DNA of 62,521 nt, counting the filler, from an uncultured bacterium (GTDB lineage: Bacteria > Hinthialibacterota > Hinthialibacteria > Hinthialibacterales > Hinthialibacteraceae): NCBI GenBank assembly GCA_964449065.1. It is 6 parts of 6 records of this genome, joined end to end, with 100 filler letters (N's around TTAATTAATTAA, not from the genome) between each part and the next. Parts side by side here need not be neighbours in the genome. Positions count along the whole stretch, not along the records: positions 1 to 10,470 come from CAYVAZ010000179.1; positions 10,571 to 20,975 come from CAYVAZ010000180.1; 4 more parts are not named here. One strand, 5' to 3'. Below the pieces are notes generated by a model. That model worked only from the letters and a program-made list of their open reading frames with translations, was not told the origin of the DNA and searched no databases. The first letter of the stretch is position 1. Each line of letters opens with the position of its first letter. Positions 9,077-17,300 of the stretch are shown here, piece after piece. Made by a program: the position numbers and the translations under genes.

Positions 9077-10321
9077 ATGGGAATTATCGTACAAAAGTTC
9101 GGCGGGACATCGCTGGCGGATGTTGAGAAGATTTTAAACGCCGCCAAAAAAGCGGTGCACGAAAAAGAAAATGGGCATCAAGTGGTTGTCACCGTCTCGG
9201 CCATGTCGGGAGAGACCAACCGCTTGCTGGCCTTGGCGGATGAAATCAGCGAAGCCGGTTCCCCCCGCGAGCGTGATGTGCTTGCCTCCTCCGGTGAGCA
9301 GGCCTCCAGCGCGCTGATGGCACTCTCCATCGAAAAATTGGGACACGATTCCATTTCATTCAACGCGGCGCAAATTGACATGCGCACCGATTCTGCTTTT
9401 ACCAAAGCCAAACTGCAAAGCATCAATGCCGAGCGCATCCAAAAGGAATTGGACTCTGGTAAAATCGTTGTCATCACCGGGTTTCAAGGGATCACCAATA
9501 CCAACGAAATCACAACCCTGGGCCGGGGCGGTTCCGATACAACCGCTGTGGCGATTGCGGCGGTCCTGAAAGCCGAGCGCTGCGATATCTACACCGATGT
9601 TGACGGTGTCTATGCCGCCGACCCCCGCATCGTCCCCCGGGCGCGTAAAATTGAAAAAATCAGCTACGAAGAAATGCTGGAGATGGCATCAGCCGGTTCC
9701 AAAGTGCTGCATACCCGTTCGGTGCAGTTTGCCGCAACTTACAAAGTGCCGCTGCAAGTGCGGTCCAGTTTTGAAGATGTACCCGGTACCATGATTATGC
9801 AGGAGGTCGAATCCATGGAAAACGTCGTCGTCAGCGGAATTTCCCACAATGTCAAAGAAGCCAAAGTCACCCTCAGCCGCATTGCCGACCAGCCCGGCAC
9901 CGCCGCCAAGTTGTTTCAGTTTTTATCGGACAACAACATTAACGTTGATATGATTGTGCAAAACGCCGGTGAAGACGGCATGGCGGATATCTCATTTACC
10001 ATCGAAAAAACCGACCTGCCCTACATCAAACAAATCGCCGACAAAATGCGCGATACCCTGAACGCGGGCGATATTACCTTTTTGGAAAAAATCGCGAAGA
10101 TTTCCTGCATCGGTTTTGGAATGCGTACCCACGCGGGTGTTGCCGCCCGCATGTTTAAAGCGCTGTCCATCAAAGGGATCAACATCCTGATGATCAGCAC
10201 ATCCGAGATTAAAATCTCCTGCGTCATCGATGCCGATTACACCGAACTCGCCGTGCGCACCCTTTGCGAAGAATTTGATTTAGAAGAAAAGAGCGAAGAA
10301 GAGGGAGTGACGATTCATTAG
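9077..10321 (+). CDS. lysC: Aspartokinase (two ACT domains), probably alpha/beta type
   Basis: VQKFGGTS, TLGRGGSDTTA, TDVDGVY, ISTSEIKISC; internal AGGAGG + ATG at codon 247. Confidence 0.97.
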   Translation: MGIIVQKFGGTSLADVEKILNAAKKAVHEKENGHQVVVTVSAMSGETNRLLALADEISEAGSPRERDVLASSGEQASSALMALSIEKLGHDSISFNAAQIDMRTDSAFTKAKLQSINAERIQKELDSGKIVVITGFQGITNTNEITTLGRGGSDTTAVAIAAVLKAERCDIYTDVDGVYAADPRIVPRARKIEKISYEEMLEMASAGSKVLHTRSVQFAATYKVPLQVRSSFEDVPGTMIMQEVESMENVVVSGISHNVKEAKVTLSRIADQPGTAAKLFQFLSDNNINVDMIVQNAGEDGMADISFTIEKTDLPYIKQIADKMRDTLNAGDITFLEKIAKISCIGFGMRTHAGVAARMFKALSIKGINILMISTSEIKISCVIDADYTELAVRTLCEEFDLEEKSEEEGVTIH

Positions 10322-10470
10322 GTATAAAACGTTTGCTTAATATTGTAATCCCGAATATCCTTCTAGGATGAAGTTATTGTTGTTATTTTAAGGTACTGAC
10401 TGATGTTACGCAATTCATGATTGACGATTGCTTGAAAAATGGTTTTTGTTGTGAGCCAACTATTCTCAGT

Positions 10471-10570
10471 NNNNNNNNNNNNNNNNNNNNNNNNNNNNNN
10501 NNNNNNNNNNNNNNTTAATTAATTAANNNNNNNNNNNNNNNNNNNNNNNNNNNNNNNNNNNNNNNNNNNN
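10471..10570. other. Artificial contig spacer (also 20976-21075, 31455-31554, 41855-41954, 52193-52292)
   Basis: N44-TTAATTAATTAA-N44, a stop-codon linker; contig lengths decrease in order. Confidence 0.97.
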
Positions 10571-10771
10571 AGAATATTTTGATTGAATATCTTCAGGAAT
10601 ATGATAAGCGACTTCCCCAATTACAATAAAATTTCGTATAACCGCATCGATCATTAATGGATCCATATCAAATTCGTCAAACGATAAATCTTCAGTATAG
10701 TTTGATCTACGGTCAATACAGTTGATGATATCATCAATTCGCTCAAGCCAATGATCAGGCGGCACGAACAC
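10571..10771 (-). CDS. HEPN/DUF86 (HepT-like) protein, 3' end cut by contig edge
   Basis: RIDDII...DAVIRNFIVIGEVAYHIPEDIQ; overlaps the upstream MNT gene. Confidence 0.8.
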
Positions 10772-11051
10772 ACTCCTTAAGAACTCGATCTTTATATTTT
10801 GGCTTTAATGCGTCCGAAGTCACCAAATCGACATTTGCATTTAAAATTCCCGATAAATAGTTACGCACACGTAAAAAGCCAATCATGCCGGTTGGTTCAG
10901 AAAACTCCACCAAAAAGTCAATATCACTGTCCGGGTGGTGATCTCCGCGCGCCACCGAGCCGAACAGTGCCAGAGATTTCACCTGCAAGCGGTCTATCTC
11001 TTCTTTATGATTTGATAAAATCTGAACAATCTCATCTTTGGTTTTACCCAT
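10755..11051 (-). CDS. Minimal nucleotidyltransferase (MntA-like antitoxin)
   Basis: FGSVARGDHHPDSDIDFLVEF = GSx10DxD; VDLVT. Confidence 0.9.
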   Translation of the reverse strand: MGKTKDEIVQILSNHKEEIDRLQVKSLALFGSVARGDHHPDSDIDFLVEFSEPTGMIGFLRVRNYLSGILNANVDLVTSDALKPKYKDRVLKECVRAA

Positions 11052-11054
11052 GAG

Positions 11055-11399
11055 TCATTCCTTTGAATCATACTTTAACTGTTGAAGTTGTTTTTTAAGT
11101 TTTGGTATATGATTTTGAATAACTTGCCAAACAATTTCAGCATCTATTCCAAAATATTCATGCGTGATAATATTTCGAAAACTCCTAATTTTATGCCATG
11201 CAATATTGGGATAATTCTCTTTTGTAGCATCGGAAATTTTCCTGGATTCCTCACCTATTATTTGCAATTTCCACAATACAGCATCATACGTTTTGCTATC
11301 TTCTATAAATGATTCTTTGGTGAATCCGGATGTATATTCAATAACCGATTCACAGGATTTCAAAATATCTTCAATATAGAGCAGTTCATCCCGCGACAT
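11055..11399 (-). CDS. HEPN/DUF86 RNase toxin (HepT-like)
   Basis: DAVLWKLQIIGEE, IAWHKIRSFRNIITHEYFGID containing Rx4HxY. Confidence 0.9.
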   Translation of the reverse strand: MSRDELLYIEDILKSCESVIEYTSGFTKESFIEDSKTYDAVLWKLQIIGEESRKISDATKENYPNIAWHKIRSFRNIITHEYFGIDAEIVWQVIQNHIPKLKKQLQQLKYDSKE

Positions 11400-11682
11400 T
11401 TATTGACTCACTGTATATTCGTTCTTGTAATTCTGGTCTAACCCCTTTTTTGGTAACCAAATCAATATCTTCTTGAAAAACAGATTCCAAAAAATCTAAC
11501 AAATCGACATACTTGTCCAAAGTGCTCCCCCCCTCAAACTCCACCATAAAATCGATATCGCTACCGCTTTGATTCTCACCACGCGCCACCGAGCCGAAGA
11601 TCGAAAGTGATTTGACATGCAATCGCTCTAACTCTTCTTTATGCTGCGACAATATATGAATGATCTCATCTTTGGTTTTCAT
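11386..11682 (-). CDS. Minimal nucleotidyltransferase (MntA-like antitoxin)
   Basis: FGSVARGENQSGSDIDFMVEF; clear paralogue of 10755..11051. Confidence 0.9.
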   Translation of the reverse strand: MKTKDEIIHILSQHKEELERLHVKSLSIFGSVARGENQSGSDIDFMVEFEGGSTLDKYVDLLDFLESVFQEDIDLVTKKGVRPELQERIYSESINVAG

Positions 11683-11712
11683 GATATTCTTATTATATCA
11701 TCTTTATCAACA

Positions 11713-12585
11713 TCAATCTTGTAATTCCGAAGACGACGTAATCCGTTCGCCATTTTCCAATACCGCATAATACAAATCTTTCTCTATCGCGGCTTTTTCA
11801 AACGCATCCGGCGAAACGGTATTAAACTCAAACATATCAAAATGGCAGGGAATCACAAACGGTATCCCCGTATCCGCCGCCAACTGCACAGCCTCATGCC
11901 CCCACATATTCCCAGGGACCTTCCGCTCAGGCCGGCTGCCATTAATCGGCATAAATGCCATATGGATGTCAAACCGCTTCAACCTTTCGGCCAATCCCTC
12001 ATAGCGAACCGTATCCCCGCTATGATAAACAACATTGTTGCCATGTTTATCCGTACCGCCTAAATTCACAATATACCCTAAATACTTATGGTTTCCGTTC
12101 TCATCCATGTCCAACTCTTCATGCGCGGCTGGAATGGCATGAAACGTAAATCCGGCCACCTCTTTCTCATCCCCGTCATTCATCCCCACAAACCAATCCG
12201 GTTTGCATTGCAAACGGTCAGCGGCAAACTCAATATTCGCTGTGGGCAGAACCAGTTTCAAATTCGGATTCGCCTCTTTTAAAGGAAGCAAAGTCTCCGC
12301 ATCCAAATGATCCGTATGATTGTGGGTGGATGTCACCACATCAATAAAATCCAACCGCTCCGGCTCAATCACCCGCCCGGTCATCCGCGCATGCGGCTTT
12401 TCCGTATCGGCATATTTCTTGGTAAGCGAATCGGATAGATAAGGATCAAACAATAGATACTTCCCATTGTATTTAACCAAAAACCCGCTCTGCCCCAGCC
12501 ACCAAACATCAAACCGGTCTGGATCATTGGGTGTGGCATGAACCTCTTCTAAAAATGCGTCTCCTTGTCGTGCCGGTTTCTTCAT
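11713..12585 (-). CDS. Metallo-beta-lactamase-fold hydrolase (UlaG-like)
   Basis: WWLGQSGF, DPYLS, THNHTDHLD (HxHxDH), YHSGDT, PCHFDMF. Confidence 0.85.
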   Translation of the reverse strand: MKKPARQGDAFLEEVHATPNDPDRFDVWWLGQSGFLVKYNGKYLLFDPYLSDSLTKKYADTEKPHARMTGRVIEPERLDFIDVVTSTHNHTDHLDAETLLPLKEANPNLKLVLPTANIEFAADRLQCKPDWFVGMNDGDEKEVAGFTFHAIPAAHEELDMDENGNHKYLGYIVNLGGTDKHGNNVVYHSGDTVRYEGLAERLKRFDIHMAFMPINGSRPERKVPGNMWGHEAVQLAADTGIPFVIPCHFDMFEFNTVSPDAFEKAAIEKDLYYAVLENGERITSSSELQD

Positions 12586-13616
12586 ACTCCCTCGTCCTTT
12601 CGCGCCGCGTGAACGCCTTCCACCATGTTGTTCAATTTCCGTTTAGCCGCCCATCTCGCGGTTTGGCTTAACCCGCAATCCGGCGCGAATGCCAGTTTTT
12701 CTGCTGGAGCGTATTGCAAACATTTTTTCACACGCTCTTGAATATCTTCCACCGATTCAATGTAATAACTCTTCACATCCACAATCCCCACCGCGGCAAT
12801 CTTGCTTTTCACAATCTGCTCAATCACCTCAATCTCGGCAAACTCCCGGCTGGCCATCTCCACATGAATCTCATCCACATGCATATCCATAAAATCCGGG
12901 AACAACGGCGCGTACCGCCGATATCCCACCGCGTGCCCCTTAAAATTGCCAAAACATAAATGCGTGGATAAATGACACCTGCCAACCACCGGCTCAACCG
13001 TGCGGTTAAAGATATCCACAAACCGTTTGGTATCTTCTTTATAGCCATAGCAGCTCATTGAGGGTTCATCTACCGTCAATTCTGTACATCCCGCGTTGAC
13101 TAAATCCTCCAACTCTTGGCGAATAATCGGCAGCAGCGCTTCCGTCACCGCATAGCGGTCGGGATACTGATCGTTCGGGATCAACCGCCCGCTCATCGTA
13201 AACGGTCCCGGAACGCTAGCTTTTAGCGCAACACCGTCTGGCGCCAACCGCTTTAACCGCTCAAACTCTTCAACCGCACCCAATCCCTCCGGCGCCTGAA
13301 TCTCTCCTACGATCTTATGCTTCCCACGTTGGTCATGCGCGGGCGGACCAAACCGCCTGGGCGAGCTGCTCTCTAAATCAATCCCCTTTATATATCCATA
13401 AAAGGACAAATTAAAATCCAACCGTGTTTGCTCCCCATCGGTAATTACATCCAACCCGGCGGAAACCTGATCATGGATCGCGGCGGTTACAGCGTCTTCC
13501 TGCATTTCAGCAAGATCGGCGGTCCCGAATTGATCCAAGTTCAGCGAAGCAAACTCCAACCAGGCAGGGAAGGGATAACTTCCGATTACAGTGGTTCTCA
13601 AGGGCTGTATACTCAT
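12582..13616 (-). CDS. Single-domain cobalamin-independent methionine synthase-like zinc protein
   Basis: TVIGSYP, ITDGEQTR, VDEP, HLCFG (HxC), APDCGL; lacks the N-terminal MetE half. Confidence 0.85.
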   Translation of the reverse strand: MSIQPLRTTVIGSYPFPAWLEFASLNLDQFGTADLAEMQEDAVTAAIHDQVSAGLDVITDGEQTRLDFNLSFYGYIKGIDLESSSPRRFGPPAHDQRGKHKIVGEIQAPEGLGAVEEFERLKRLAPDGVALKASVPGPFTMSGRLIPNDQYPDRYAVTEALLPIIRQELEDLVNAGCTELTVDEPSMSCYGYKEDTKRFVDIFNRTVEPVVGRCHLSTHLCFGNFKGHAVGYRRYAPLFPDFMDMHVDEIHVEMASREFAEIEVIEQIVKSKIAAVGIVDVKSYYIESVEDIQERVKKCLQYAPAEKLAFAPDCGLSQTARWAAKRKLNNMVEGVHAARKDEGV

Positions 13617-14398
13617 GTTCTCTCTCCCACATTTTCATATAATTTCGCCAAGCGGTGCGCGTGTTCATCATAAGCCGATTCAAAAAGCGCTGTTGCTTTC
13701 ACTTTTCCAACAACACACCCTGCCGTTAATACCTTTGGAGGCTTACCTGCCTGTGTCAAGCGTTGGGCGGTCTCCGCTTTAATCGCATTGATGATCAAAC
13801 ATCCGCCAACCGTCGAGCCGGGTGATACCGGAGTATCTAAACCATCTATTTGCACCATAGCGTCTCCGGCAGGAGCGCCGGTATCTAAAACCAAATCGGC
13901 AAAATCATGCAGTTTTTTCCCGTCCGGATGGTTGCTGGATGACTTCTCTGAATGCTGCTTGGTGATGATCGCAACAACTTTGATTTTGCGTTTTTGAAAC
14001 TCATCAGCGATTTCAATCGGAACACGGTTGCAGCCGCTGGATGAAACCACCAACGCGCTATCTTTTTCCGATAAATCAAAGTTGCGTAGGATACGCTCCG
14101 CCAGCCCCCCAACATTCTCCAAAAACATCGCCTGCCGCTGCCCGTTTGCACCAACCACCAGATTATGAAAGGTTAGCGACAACTCCACAATCGGATTAAA
14201 TCCCGGAAACGAGCCATAACGCGGCCACATTTCCTCCACCATAATGCGGCTGTGCCCGGATGCAAACACATGCACCATCCGCCCCGCCAAGATGCTCTCC
14301 GAAAACCAATCCGCCGCTTGCTGTATCTCCGAATACTGCGCTTCCACCCTGTCAATAATCCCACGGCACTTGTTCAAATAATCCAACCCAACATTCAT
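13613..14398 (-). CDS. SIS-domain sugar-phosphate isomerase-like protein
   Basis: HVFASGHS, VSSSGCN, VLDTGAPAGDA, PGSTVGG. Confidence 0.85.
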   Translation of the reverse strand: MNVGLDYLNKCRGIIDRVEAQYSEIQQAADWFSESILAGRMVHVFASGHSRIMVEEMWPRYGSFPGFNPIVELSLTFHNLVVGANGQRQAMFLENVGGLAERILRNFDLSEKDSALVVSSSGCNRVPIEIADEFQKRKIKVVAIITKQHSEKSSSNHPDGKKLHDFADLVLDTGAPAGDAMVQIDGLDTPVSPGSTVGGCLIINAIKAETAQRLTQAGKPPKVLTAGCVVGKVKATALFESAYDEHAHRLAKLYENVGERT

Positions 14399-14462
14399 TT
14401 AGATCATCCTTAAATAAATTATGAAAAAATTCTCTGTGACCACTGTGTCACTGTGGTGAATC

Positions 14463-15257
14463 TTATTTGCCGTAATCAATCCCTTCGCTTACAGACCAAC
14501 CCCCATCAATCGCGATCACCTGCCCGGTCATAAACTTCGATTCATCCGAAAGCAAAAACACCACCGCGCCGTCAAAGTCGGATGATAGGCCAATCCGCCC
14601 GCTGTCCAGAGGCTGCTTATGGTGTACAAACTTCATGATCGTTTCATTCTCAGCAGCCCGTTTCGCCATCGGTGTCCGCACCAATCCCGGAGCCAACGCG
14701 TTTATACGGATATTATCTTTCGCGTAAAACGCCGCCGCGCTGGTTGTTAATCCATTAATAGCCGCTTTGGAAGCCGCGTAAGCGTGAGTATTAAAGTGCA
14801 GGGGAGATGGGGATACAGCCAATACCGATGATGTATTCAATATCACCCCGCCGCTCTCTTGCTGCAAAAACCGGTTGATCGCCGCCCGGTTTGAGAAAAA
14901 CACAGATGCCAGATTCAACCGTAATGTCGCGTCCCAGCCGTCATTGGTAATCTGATGCAGCGGCCCATCGCCATATTTTCGCCCGCTGCCGCCGGCCACA
15001 TGAAACAAACCGTCCAACTTCCCATACCGCTCCACAGCCCGGTTCACCGCAATCATCGCGGTATCCGGATGCGCCGCATTGTCAAAAAGCACATTCACAT
15101 CTTTCCCCAATTGCCGGATACCGTCATGTGTTTCTTCCGTATCCAACCCCACACAAACCAGCCGGGCTCCCTCCCGCTGGCACGCCAACGCCGACGAAAG
15201 CCCAATCCCGCTGGTACCTCCGATGATAACAATTGATTTTTCTTGTAAACGCATCAT
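14463..15257 (-). CDS. Short-chain dehydrogenase/reductase
   Basis: GGTSGIG, YAASK (YxxxK), INALAPG, IDGG. Confidence 0.92.
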   Translation of the reverse strand: MMRLQEKSIVIIGGTSGIGLSSALACQREGARLVCVGLDTEETHDGIRQLGKDVNVLFDNAAHPDTAMIAVNRAVERYGKLDGLFHVAGGSGRKYGDGPLHQITNDGWDATLRLNLASVFFSNRAAINRFLQQESGGVILNTSSVLAVSPSPLHFNTHAYAASKAAINGLTTSAAAFYAKDNIRINALAPGLVRTPMAKRAAENETIMKFVHHKQPLDSGRIGLSSDFDGAVVFLLSDESKFMTGQVIAIDGGWSVSEGIDYGK

Positions 15258-15334
15258 ATACTCTTTAAAATAATTGAATTTCTACTGAATTATGATTGAA
15301 TGGATTCCAATCGCCAAGCACTGAGAATATATAC

Positions 15335-15658
15335 ATGGATATTTCTAATATAATTGAAGCGATTCAGAATAGACGTGTTCGAATAACCGGTCATGCTGAT
15401 GAAGAAGCACAGAATGATGAATTGACCTTAGATGGAATATACTATTCTGTTGAACATGGAGAAGTTATTGAAGATTATCCAAAAGACAAACCTTATCCAA
15501 GTTGTTTGATCTATGGAAAATCGAAAAGCGAAGAACCTATACATAGCGTATGGGCATATAATGAAAGTAGTTTATGGGTAGTATTGATTACTGTATACAA
15601 ACCTGATCCAAAACGATGGATAAATTGGAAAGAGAGAAGATACCATGAAACCGTTTGA
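15335..15658 (+). CDS. DUF4258-like putative toxin
   Basis: ITGHA, GEVIEDYPKDKPYPSCLIYG, PIHSV, LITVYKPDPKRW; overlaps the zinc-finger gene. Confidence 0.8.
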   Translation: MDISNIIEAIQNRRVRITGHADEEAQNDELTLDGIYYSVEHGEVIEDYPKDKPYPSCLIYGKSKSEEPIHSVWAYNESSLWVVLITVYKPDPKRWINWKERRYHETV

Positions 15659-15923
15659 AAAATGCCCTGTTTGTGGAGGGCAACTGAAACAAAAACAAGT
15701 CGAAAAATTGCTGAACGGTGGAGGACATTCCATCGCGGTGAATGTTATAGCCGATGTATGTCTCCAATGTGGTGAACGAATTTATTCTGAAGATGTAATA
15801 CGGACTTTTGAAGAAATGAGAAACAAACTCAAGAAACAAGATTTCGATCATTTAATCAACACAGGACAATCATTTACGGTAGAAGAAAACTGGCCGAATG
15901 AGGCGGTTCAGCCTGTAAAATAA
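15645..15923 (+). CDS. YgiT/MqsA-type zinc-finger protein (putative antitoxin)
   Basis: KCPVCGG...ADVCLQCGERIYS; no C-terminal HTH evident. Confidence 0.82.
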   Translation: MKPFEKCPVCGGQLKQKQVEKLLNGGGHSIAVNVIADVCLQCGERIYSEDVIRTFEEMRNKLKKQDFDHLINTGQSFTVEENWPNEAVQPVK

Positions 15924-16047
15924 TAGAAATATGTATGAGTAGAAAACTTCATGTAATATCATAGGTGAGACGTTTGAAGAGAAATTTCCCCTCTCAAGCT
16001 TGGCAGGAGTTAGGGGAGTGTTGATTCGATTCTTTGAGAAAATGCCT

Positions 16048-16081
16048 TCCCCCCCTACCCTCCTTAATCAAGGGGGGCAAC
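16048..16081. repeat. REP-like hairpin family CCCCCCTT..AAGGGGGG (also 31568-31599, about 48939-49040, and an interrupted copy at 25487-25688)
   Basis: TCCCCCCCTACCCTCCTTAATCAAGGGGGGCAAC versus TCCCCCCTACCCCCCTTAATAAGGGGGGCAAC at 31568. Confidence 0.75.
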
Positions 16082-16245
16082 AAAGGCGAGGCTACCATCA
16101 ATTCATGCGTGACGCTGTACTAAAGCGAAACCCTCCCCAAATTGGGGAGATGCCCAAAGGGCAGACCCGTTACAAAGTTAACAATAATTGTTGGATAACA
16201 CTCTGATGTTACAGAAGTTGAAAATATTATTCAGGAGACACGCAA

Positions 16246-16479
16246 ATGTTCGAACGCTTTGATATTGATAAAATCAAAATTATCTTGGTTGGGATCTTAT
16301 TGCTCTTATTCGGTTTATTCCTCGGCATGAACTCCACCACCGTCGAAATCTGGATCTTCGGCTGGACCCCCAGCATATCGCTCATCGCCTTAATGCTGGG
16401 TGGTTTCCTCTTTGGCGGCCTATGCGGCTACGGGGCTGCTGTTTGGTTACGCAGGCGTCATGATGCAGATGAAATCTGA
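16246..16479 (+). CDS. Small two-TM membrane protein, LapA/DUF1049-like
   Basis: TM1-N-xxxV-x-IWIFGW-ISL-TM2-basic tail pattern; AGGAG RBS. Confidence 0.65.
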   Translation: MFERFDIDKIKIILVGILLLLFGLFLGMNSTTVEIWIFGWTPSISLIALMLGGFLFGGLCGYGAAVWLRRRHDADEI

Positions 16480-16546
16480 ATCGGATGACGGGTACGATTC
16501 ACTTTGTTAACATAAAGATACAATTGAGAATGATAAGAGAGAGTGA

Positions 16547-16922
16547 ATGAAATTTTCGTTTGCGTCGAAAGCGAGGGAGAATATTCAAGCAGCGGAATTG
16601 CTGCTTGAAAATAAATGGTATAATGCCAGTGTGAACCGTTCTTATTATGCCGCATTTAATGCCGCATTAGCGGTGTTAGCCAGTGTGGACGCATTAGAAG
16701 AAAAAATCACACGGAAATTTACAGGCGAAATTTAATAAAGAACTCATTCAAAAACGAAAAATATTCTCAGCAGCGTTCAAATCACATCTAAAAATCCTCC
16801 AAGAAGTGAGGGATATTGCAGATTATAGTGATCAATCTATCTCGAAAAAGAGAGCAGTTAGACAATATAAAAGAGCAGAGGAATTTGTAAAAACTCTCAT
16901 TCAGGAGATTAGCGATGATTAA
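16547..16922 (+). pseudogene. HEPN-domain gene with a +1 frameshift in an A6 run
   Basis: N-half SVNRSYYAAFNAA; removing one A at 16701-16706 continues SHGNLQAKFNKELI...EVRDIADY...to TAA 16920-16922 (124 aa), overlapping the next start. Confidence 0.8.
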
Positions 16923-17202
16923 CTTCATGCATTTGGAATTTTGTAAGAAAATATTTAACCAATTGAAAGAACGGTATCCGGAAATTGAGCTGATCGAGAT
17001 TGCCGAAAGTGTGGAAGACTCAGACACTTTGTGGGTCGAGATTGCCATGCCGGAAAATGAAGACCGCGAGATAGAAGCGCAAGAAATGGGAGCAGAACTA
17101 GCGACAGATGTTTTATTGGAACATGGGCATGATATTTCGGTTCATGTTTATCCAATTTCATTAGCAAGACATAATGGGCAGGAAAAGAAAATGCAATTAT
17201 AG
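16915..17202 (+). CDS. Hypothetical acidic HEPN partner protein
   Basis: 95-aa ORF with AGGAG RBS, coupled to the HEPN stop; no GSx10DxD motif. Confidence 0.65.
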   Translation: MINFMHLEFCKKIFNQLKERYPEIELIEIAESVEDSDTLWVEIAMPENEDREIEAQEMGAELATDVLLEHGHDISVHVYPISLARHNGQEKKMQL

Positions 17203-17300
17203 ATAATTCGGTGGGTCATTAACACTCTTGAAAGTGACATCCAACGGCTATGATACGTTCTTTAACGTAAGTTCCATATCGGCCGAAAGGAAGTCATACT

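Noticed and set aside
16000..16206. 68-aa ORF
   Set aside because: Lies over stacked REP-like hairpins with no recognisable protein features
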